Shown here: positions 56,116 through 64,000 of the stretch, piece by piece
Layout: each line of letters starts with the position of its first letter
How positions within the stretch are numbered: position 1 is the stretch's first letter
Source: Octopus sinensis
Taxonomy: Eukaryota
DNA: 64,000 nucleotides
Reading direction: 5' to 3'
Assembly: GCF_006345805.1 (NCBI RefSeq)
Contig: NC_043005.1
Coordinates: 88,102,001-88,166,000, forward strand
Notes under the pieces: generated by a model
Databases searched by the model: none
Seen by the model: the letters and a program-made list of their open reading frames with translations, nothing else
Told to the model about the DNA's origin: nothing
Program-made: the position numbers and the translations under genes

Positions 56116-56912
56116 TAAATATTATTATTATTCGTCTTTCGAATGGAAAGAAAAATAATATCCTGATGATTTCACGTTCACACGATGCGAACATCGCTAT
56201 CTGGTTTCAAATTTTAGAGAAGGGAATAAAAAATATTGAACACAGGGAGGGGTGATATTGACACATATCCCTTTGCCATTCACTGGGTTTGAAACAGTGC
56301 TCTAGTTATTCATGCCAGCGGGATTTCGATTGTCTTGTCAGAAAGCTCGGTTTCTTATAACTGTAGGTAATTGATCTCTCGACCGCTACGGTCACGAAAA
56401 ACAACGAGGAACAACGACAGAGTAACCCACTTTGTAAGATAAACAGGCACTGTATTACCGGTGATATACCTGTCTTTCTGGCAGCATCACCTGATATATA
56501 CAGGTAACCATCGAGTTGTGAGGACAGGGAGAGACCAGCCGCCTAGCAGGAAACTCGCACATTTTATGCAGTGGAGCTAGAGGGAGTTGGTGGGAGGAAG
56601 AATTCAAACAGGGAACGGTAGGAGCGAACGACACAGCCAGGAATATGAACATCGCAGAGGTAAATGAAAGAACTGCTTGTTATCGCTAAATGTTGTTGTT
56701 AAATGCTTTAAAAGAAAAAGAAAGAAAAAAGAACTCTTTGTGTTGTTAAATGATTTTTTAAAGAATATTTTACTTTGACAATTCGCAACGGTTTTCTGGC
56801 TTTTCGCTACTGCCTCTTCATGTTCTAGGCAGTTGACTTGCTGAGCTAGCAAACTGGAGGCTGTTTGTGCTGGAACCCATGGTGGTATCAGATGACCATG
56901 TGTAGCGTAACA

Positions 56913-56983
<71 letters not shown>

Positions 56984-58883
56984 TAGTAGTATATTTTTTA
57001 TATCGTGCTTTCACTTCACTACCGAGCGCAGCTCTGTGTGACTTGGGTATGTGCTGTGATTTGTTGTGAAGCTCTGATGGTTACTGTATTGAAAGTGTTT
57101 TGCGTAGGATGTGTGCAGTGCCTAGTAGTGCAATTTTCTGTATGTTATACGTGTTTGTAAGTCCTGGTGTTTTTGTTAAGTATTTGTCTGAATATTTTTT
57201 ATCATGCCTAATGCACCTACTATGATAGGAATTGTTTCTGTTTTTAGATTCCACATTCGAGTTACCTCTATTTCCAGGTCTTTGTATTTTGAAAGTTTCT
57301 CCATTTCTTTTAGAGACACGTTGTCATCTGCTGGTATTGATACGTCAATTAGAAAGCATTTTTTTCTTCATGATCTCTGACAACTATATCTGGACTGTTG
57401 GCCTTAATTTCTCTATCTGTGTGTATTGGCATATCCCAGAGTATTGTGGCTTTCTCGTTTTTTGTGTCCTTTTCTGGGATGTGCCTATACCATCTTTTTT
57501 CTGTTGTTATTCCATAATGTTGGGATAGCTTCCAGTGTATGAAGGTCCCAACTCTGTCGTGTCTGTTAATATATTCATTCTTAGCCAGGACTGGGCAGCC
57601 ACAGATAATATGATTTATTGTTTCTTGTCCATCTCCACATATTATGCAGTTACTTGTTATATTTCTTTTCATTATATGTTTTTGGTAATTTCTGGTGAGG
57701 AGGCTTTGGTCTTGTGCTGCAATTAAAAAATCCCTCTGTCTCTGCTTTGAGTCCTGAGCTTCTCAACCATTGCTGGGACTTTTCTTTGTCTATTTCTTTT
57801 GCATTTAGTTTAGCCCAGTATTTGCCATGAAGGGGCTTTTCTTGCCATCGTTTTATCATGGTCCGTTGCTGCTCTAGTTTTAGTTTGGATTTCATTTGTT
57901 TTATAGCTTTTGTTTCTTCTTCTTCTTCTTCTTCTTCTTCTTCTTCTTTTTCTTCTTCTTCTTCTTCTTCTTCTTCTTCTTCTTCTTCTTCTTCTTCTTC
58001 TTCTCTTCTTTCTTCTTCTTCTTCTTCTTCTTCTTCTTTCTTCTTCTTCTCTTCTTCTTCTTCTTCTTCTTCTTCTTCTTCTTCTCTTCTTCTTTCTTCT
58101 TCTTTCTTCTTCTTCTTTTCTTCTCTTCTTCTTCTTCTTCTTTCTTCTTCTTCTTCTTCTCTCTTCTTCTTCTTCTTCTTCTCTTCTTATTGTTAGGTGG
58201 TATGATTTCCTGTTTGTATTTGTCAGCTTCCTTAAATACTGGGAACAGCTTTTGTTTTGCTCGTGTTTTGCCGCTATTTGTATCAGTTTTCCTTGCTTCT
58301 GAAGTAGATATTTTTGCAGTCCTATGGTGGTTATTTTATAATAGATTTCCAGCTGTATAAGGCCTTTACCACCTTCTATACGTTGTATATATATCCTTTC
58401 TATGTCAGATTTTGGGTGATGCATCTTTGATCCTGTCATTATTTTTCTTGTTTTCCTATCTATTTTGGTCAGTTCATTTAGTGTCCAGTTAAGGATATTT
58501 TAGCTGTAACTTACACCTGCAACGGCTGAAGTGTTAATACCTATTATCTTGTTTTTAGTATTGAGCTCTGTGTTTAGTATTCATCTAACTCGTGTATAGT
58601 ATTCTTTCTTTATTTTCTCTTTCATTTGTGTGTGTTGTGTCTTATCTAGTTCATGGATTCCTAAGTATTTATAAGTTTGGCTTTAGTCTAATCCTGTTAT
58701 TTCATTGGTTTTATCTAGTGTGATGTTGCTACTCTTAACTAGTTTTCCTCTTTTCAGGGTTACTTTGGTGCATTTTTCTAATCCAAATTTCTTATCTATT
58801 TCTTTGGTAAATCCATGAACTGTCTTTAGTTGTGTTTCCAGCTGTTTATCATTTGTAGCATACAATTTTAGGTCATCCATATA
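56984..58883 (-). mobile_element. 5'-truncated R4/Dong-type LINE (subfamily A) with internal GAA expansion
   Basis: Closely similar to 30143-31869 and frameshifted. (TTC)n tract at ~57914-58190; TTA flanks. Confidence 0.92.
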
Positions 58884-58899
58884 TTATTATTATTATTTT

Positions 58900-60423
58900 T
58901 TTCCTTCTTCTTTCAAATTTGCTTCCATTTCTTGCCGAGTGTCTTCCCGACTCCTAGGGCAAAGAAACTCATAGTATACATTGGTAGGCCATTAAACCAA
59001 ACTCAGTAGTTCGTTAATTTTTTTTTTTTTTTAAAGTTAAATTCAAATACATGAGCAGCAACAGTTATCACATCGACAATGCTCTTCTCAATACGTGTGA
59101 TGTACCAGTTAAGACAATCTTTTGCACTTCTTGCAGGGATGGTAAGCCAGGGATCATTCTCATATAATTTTCGGTTCCCTTCTTGATCATTCCTAGTGCT
59201 CCTACGATCACTGGTATTGTAACCGCCTTGAGATGCCACATTTTCTCAATTTCAATGAGTAGGTCTTTATATTTTCTGAGCTTGTCAAACTCTTTCGCTG
59301 AGATATTATGATCACAGGGGATGCTCATGTCGATCAATAAGCAAACTTTATTGTTTTGGTCTTTCACAACAATATCTGGTTTATTGGCCTTGATGGTTCG
59401 GTCTGTATGTATTGGAAAGTCCCACAGAATGGTTACATTTTCCCCTTCAGTTACAGCCTCAGGGTGGTGATTATACCACTTGCCGGCAGTTTTGATATTG
59501 TAATGCCGACTTATTAGCCAGTGTAGATATTGGCCAACTCTGTCATGTCTTAATTTATACTCCACTGGAGCTAAGACTTTACATCCAGAGATTAGGTAGT
59601 CCACTGTTTCAATCATATCGTTGCAGAATCGGCATTTTGGGTCTGCTCCATTTTTCATCACATTGGCCTGGTAGTTCCGGGTTAATAGGCTTTGATCTTG
59701 AGCAGCCAGGATGAAACCTTCGCTCTCTGCTTTTAGCCCTGAGCTTCGTAGCCACTGATGGGCTTGCTTCTGGTCAACATCAGCTTGTTTGCTGCGGGTC
59801 ACATATTTGCCGTGCAGAGGTTTCTCCTCCCACCTATCAGCCAATTGCTCGTGCGCTTTCTTCATTGCCATCATTTTCACCTTCTTTGCAACAATAGTTG
59901 CCGTACTTCCCTCGGGTTGTTCAGTTTGGGTATCCTGCACGAGATCAATAGCAAATTTTTTGCTTTCCTTTATGATAGAATGAAGCTTCTTTCGTCTCTC
60001 GTGATTTTCCACAAGCTTTAGCATCCAGTCATTTGATATTTCGAGATATTTGGCCAGTCCAATTGTGGTTGTTTTGTAAGCTAGTTCAAATTGGATCAGG
60101 CCTCGACCTCCTTGGGCTCTGGGAAGGTAAAGGCGATCTACGTCTGCCTTTGGGTGGTGCATCCTATTACAACTCAGCAGCTTGCGTATTTTTCTATCTA
60201 TATTCTTTACTTCACTCATATTCCAGTTCAACACATTGTAGCTATAAGTAACAACTGGAACTGCTAAAGAATTTATAGCTAACACCTTGTTACGTGCATT
60301 TAGTTCAGATTTCAGGACTGCACGAACTCTCCTATAACATTCCTTCCTGATTTTCTCTTTCATGCTTGCATGCTGAATACCAGAGCCTTCATATATCCCT
60401 AAATATTTGTATGTTTGTTCTTG

Positions 60424-60425
<2 letters not shown>
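58900..60425 (-). mobile_element. 5'-truncated R4/Dong-type LINE (subfamily D) with an uninterrupted 431-aa ORF
   Basis: ORF 59068-60363: RT thumb, MHHPKAD, CRFC..(H>Y)..SGC, RHD, KPDIV, IDMSIP, KLRKY, IVGALG, QKIVLTGTSHVLRR. (TTA)n on both sides. The 3' UTR recurs at ~60710-60785. Confidence 0.93.
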
Positions 60426-60472
<47 letters not shown>

Positions 60473-61068
60473 GAAGACAGTGAAATGGCAGAATCATTAG
60501 AGTGCTTAACAGCATTTCTTCTGATTCTTTATATTCTGAGTTCAAATGCCGCTGAGGTCAACTTTCCTTGTCATACTTCAGAGTTAAGTTCTGGGGTCGA
60601 TATGATCACTCTGTCTAAAGTTGCAGGCCTTGTACCTAAATTTGAAACCACCAACACCATCATCAACATTGCCATCAGAATCATCATCATGCTTTGCTCC
60701 TTCCTTCAACTTCGTTTCTATTTCTGCCAAGTGACTTCTCAATACCTAGGGCAAATAAACTCACTGTATGCATTGATAAACACGCCCGATTGTTTATTTA
60801 AAAACTGAAATAATGTTATGTAAAAAAATGTTTCTTAACATTTCCCAGTCAGTAAATTATCCAGTAGCTCTGAGCTTTCAAAGATGCCTTCATGGAAGGT
60901 TATCCTTCTCACAGTGATAATGCTCGTCTTATGACCATATGCTTGGCTTTTGCTTTGTATTCCTACAAATTGACTCAAAGTCTCACCCAGAGATCTTAAG
61001 AGACAACAAATTAAAAGTTCAAGTTGGTGTTATTTTTGCTTTTACACAGTATTGCTCTAGAGAATATC

Positions 61069-61629
61069 TGTCAAAGAATAAGGTAACCACTTACAATGGA
61101 GAGACAGCACGCAGCACAGGGGAGCATACAGATGGACATTGGCGAGAACTCAAAGAGGAGAAATGTTCGTCAGTGCTCTACCAATATGTTCAAGTAGAAC
61201 ATAGAGGCTCGGTTAATAACATAGAGGTTAAGGTATTATCAACGCATAAAACTGATTCGATACTCAGACAGATTACAAAGGTTACACACATAGCAATAGA
61301 TAGACCGAACCTCAGCAGGAAACACAAGCAGAAAAATAACATCCACCACCACACCATACAACACGACAGCTAAAGACAGAAGGAAGAAAAATAGATACAA
61401 ACAGTATAATACACACAGTAAATAAATATGGACATACCTATACAAGAAATAGAGATAAATAGATAAACAAAAACAGAAGTTGTATAAAGGCGTTATGAAA
61501 GTGACATGGATACAAACAACCTAGTGAGTGAACCCATATACACTCACAAACACATATACAGTAATTTCACAAACGCCCACAACAACATCAACAACGCGAC
61601 CAACGACAACAGCAACAACGGCAAGAACA

Positions 61630-61660
<31 letters not shown>

Positions 61661-62030
61661 ATACTATCAAGATAGCAACATTGTGGGCGAACACACAAAC
61701 ACAAAGAGGTACAGGTATAGTACCAAAAATCGTGGTCAAGGGCAACGGAAGCAACGGGGAAGGAGAAGGGGTAAGGGGTGGGCCATAGTACTACTAAGAA
61801 CAAAGTCTATAACATGCAAAACACATTGATATGCGTACGCGCATGCACGCACACACGCACACACGCACACACATACACACACATACACAAATACAGACGC
61901 AAACGCATGCGCATATAAGGATACACATCACAGAAGAACAGAATGGACTAAGCGGAGCAAGAGCACAGATGAGGGCGGAAAGTGTCGCTGAAGAGGTCAC
62001 AGACGTGTGACGAAAGATTTCCGGACAATG
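61069..62030 (+). mobile_element. Penelope-like element 3' part: GIY-YIG remnant, then a microsatellite-rich UTR ending in a hammerhead
   Basis: YNGETARS..EH...HW..LKE..SSVLYQ..H...KVL...RQITK..I..RPNLSRK at 61069-61330; hammerhead at 61983-62027 on the same strand. Confidence 0.65.
61983..62027 (+). ncRNA. Minimal type-I hammerhead ribozyme motif (intact core)
   Basis: TGTCG-CTGAAGA-G-GTCACA(gacg)TGTGAC-GAAA-GATT-TC-CGGACA: perfect 6-bp stem II and a UUC cleavage triplet. Confidence 0.7.
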
Positions 62031-62044
62031 GAAATACCCTTGTG

Positions 62045-63030
62045 ATGGCTTCCAAAAGAAAGAATTCTGAGATGCTAAGCAGGGATAAGAAGAAATGTAA
62101 AGCAATTACTTTAGAAGTAAAATACGAATTGATTAAACAACACAAAAAAAGGTGCAACTGTTAAAGATTTATCAAAAACAAAAAATTGATATGGTTCCTT
62201 TATCTGTTTGTACCATCTTGAAGTAAAAGGAAGATTATTTAAATAAAGTTAAAGGAAGTGACTCTCTAAATTCAACTTGGTCACGATGAAAAGATAATGA
62301 AAGTTTAATTTCACGCACAGAAAACCTTTTGACATTGGATAAACCATCAAATTCATAGACTTCATATGCCACTTAGTCAGGCTATAACTTGCAGTAAAAC
62401 AATTTCCCTTTATAACTCGCTTAAGGATAAATCAGATGGATTAAATTAAACATTTGTGGCGAGCAATGATTCGTTCGATTATTTCAAAAAACGAGCAAAT
62501 CTACACAATGTGAAAATCCAAGGAGAACCGTCTGGCGCAGATCAAAAAGCTGCAGAAACTTTTCCTCGCCAATTAAAAGATTTGATTGAAGAAGAAGGCT
62601 TTATACTGTCTCTAATATTTCATGTGGATGAGAGGGGCCTATTTTGGAAACGAATGCCTTCAAGGACTTTTATTGCGGGGATTTATTGCCAGAATTCAAA
62701 GCTGGGAGGATATTGTGAAGGGGACTGCACACTCAAGCCCATGCTTATTTATCGATCTGAAAACCCCGTGCTTTAAAAGGAATTGATAAGACGAAACTTC
62801 CTGTAATCTGGAAGCAAAACTAAAAAGCTTTGATGACAGGACAGGAACTCTATTTGAAGATTGGTTTTCAAATATACAAGGATCAGTTAATTGTGATTTT
62901 ACCCAACATATTCACCGCCCAGATCCACACACATATTGCGGCAGTCCTTCAGTTTTATGTAAGCCCTGTAAAAAGAAATCAAAATGCTGGGCCTCCAACC
63001 AAGCGTCTCTAGAAAAGATCCCACCCAAAT
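62045..63030 (+). mobile_element. Decayed Tigger/pogo (TIGD-like) transposase
   Basis: KKCKAITLEVKYELIK (CENP-B HTH), FKKRANLHNVKIQGE, IFHVDERGLFWKRMPSRTFI and KPMLIYRSENP. Confidence 0.85.
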
Positions 63031-63826
63031 TAGTGTGAAATTTTGTTCACTTTAGGACTTTCTTCAGTTGTGGACGGAGGTGGTAGTCGGAGGGGGCCAA
63101 GTCAAGGTGGATGGTCTACCTATTCGAAGCCCAAATCGCATGTTTTCTGTTGTTTCAAGTGTTGTGAGTGTTTTAGTATGACAGAATCATTGCTGCACCA
63201 GACAAAATGCTTAGTGGCATTTCTTCTGGTTTGTGTTCTGGGTTCAAATCCTGACATGGTCGTTTTTGCCTTTCATTCTTTCACGATCAAACTAAAGAAC
63301 CAGTCAAGCACTGGGTTCAATGTAATGTTCCGTATGATCAAATGGTTCCTTGCTCCGACTTTCAGTGGGGTCACAAGTTCACATGTGGTCCCCAGTCACA
63401 TGCACACATACACTTTGGGATAGTGGGATCCATAACAGCTCATCTTGCTGTTGATTGTTGACCATCGCAGAGGATCCACTGACCAAGTCTCTGCCAATTA
63501 TTGAAGAAGACATAGCCTGGGTTTCAAGGGGATTCCTAAAGACATGCTGCAAAAAAAGCTAAGGGGTCACTCACTCCTTGTGGGTTTCCAGCATGCTGGG
63601 TAGCAACCCACAATTTGTGAGGGCCTGTGCTTTCTGAATGTGACTGGGTAGATGAAAACTGTAGTGAAGCCCACTTATAGAAATTATGTACAGCTGAGTC
63701 AGCCATTGTGTCCTTTGGATTTTACCAGAGAATTATATTGAGGGTCCACATGTCTGTGAAATACCGAAAAGGATTTTTTTGTTGTTTTTACTTAAGAATT
63801 CTGTCTTTTATCTTTTTCTTTTTCAG

Positions 63827-64000
63827 CCCATCAATGGATGTTAACTGCCAGTTCGATATTAGGCCGTATGTTTAGCACTGCAGCTTTTGGAATCGTGTTT
63901 TTATACACTTTGGAATTATATCCAACTTGTATAAGAAATGGTGCATTGGGGACTATGTCCACCTTTGCCCGTGTTGGCGGCGCTTTGGCACCTTACACTC
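63827..64000 (+). CDS. SLC22 transporter exon (TM10-11), truncated by the window end
   Basis: Long pyrimidine tract + cAG at 63825-26. Translates (A)HQWMLTASSILGRMFSTAAFGIVFLYTLELYPTCIRNGALGTMSTFARVGGALAPYT; ELYPT.IRN motif. Phase matches the previous exon (G+CC = Ala). Confidence 0.95.

Noticed and set aside
59068-60363. 431-aa ORF as a host gene or domesticated protein
   Set aside because: It is the C-terminal half of a 5'-truncated Dong-type LINE, with the CCHC His mutated and microsatellite flanks; more consistent with a young insertion.
62456-62776. TIGD-like host gene
   Set aside because: The surrounding transposase is broken by multiple stops, frameshifts and deletions, so it is a decayed Tigger copy.

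Overview
AT-rich, repeat-saturated animal genomic DNA. The SINE repertoire, the dense (TA)n/(CA)n/(TTA)n microsatellites and the gene style point to a coleoid cephalopod, most likely Octopus (inference). There is a 100-N scaffold gap at 38970-39069. The only clear host gene is a + strand SLC22 (organic cation/anion/carnitine, MFS) transporter. Seven consecutive phase-compatible exons can be read by hand (42149-42371, 46347-46450, 49971-50125, 52057-52228, 53192-53404, 54701-54927, 63827->64000). Its first coding exon was not found and the gene runs off the right edge. Nearly all long ORFs in the track are microsatellite artefacts or transposon relics: R4/Dong-type RLE LINEs, Penelope GIY-YIG fragments, mariner, Tigger/pogo and hAT-Charlie remnants, MITEs and tRNA-derived SINEs. 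The most interesting signals are non-coding. (1) About 8 minimal type-I hammerhead ribozyme motifs sit in several short repeat families, including one inside a TSD-flanked tRNA-headed SINE and one downstream of a Penelope endonuclease fragment. (2) At least five Dong-like LINE subfamilies insert with fixed polarity into (TAA)n tracts and share a covarying 3' hairpin. (3) A ~555-bp structured non-coding element uses the same (TAA)n target and carries a similar hairpin, so it is a candidate microsatellite-targeted SINE. Repeat boundaries are approximate to about +/-10-20 bp.
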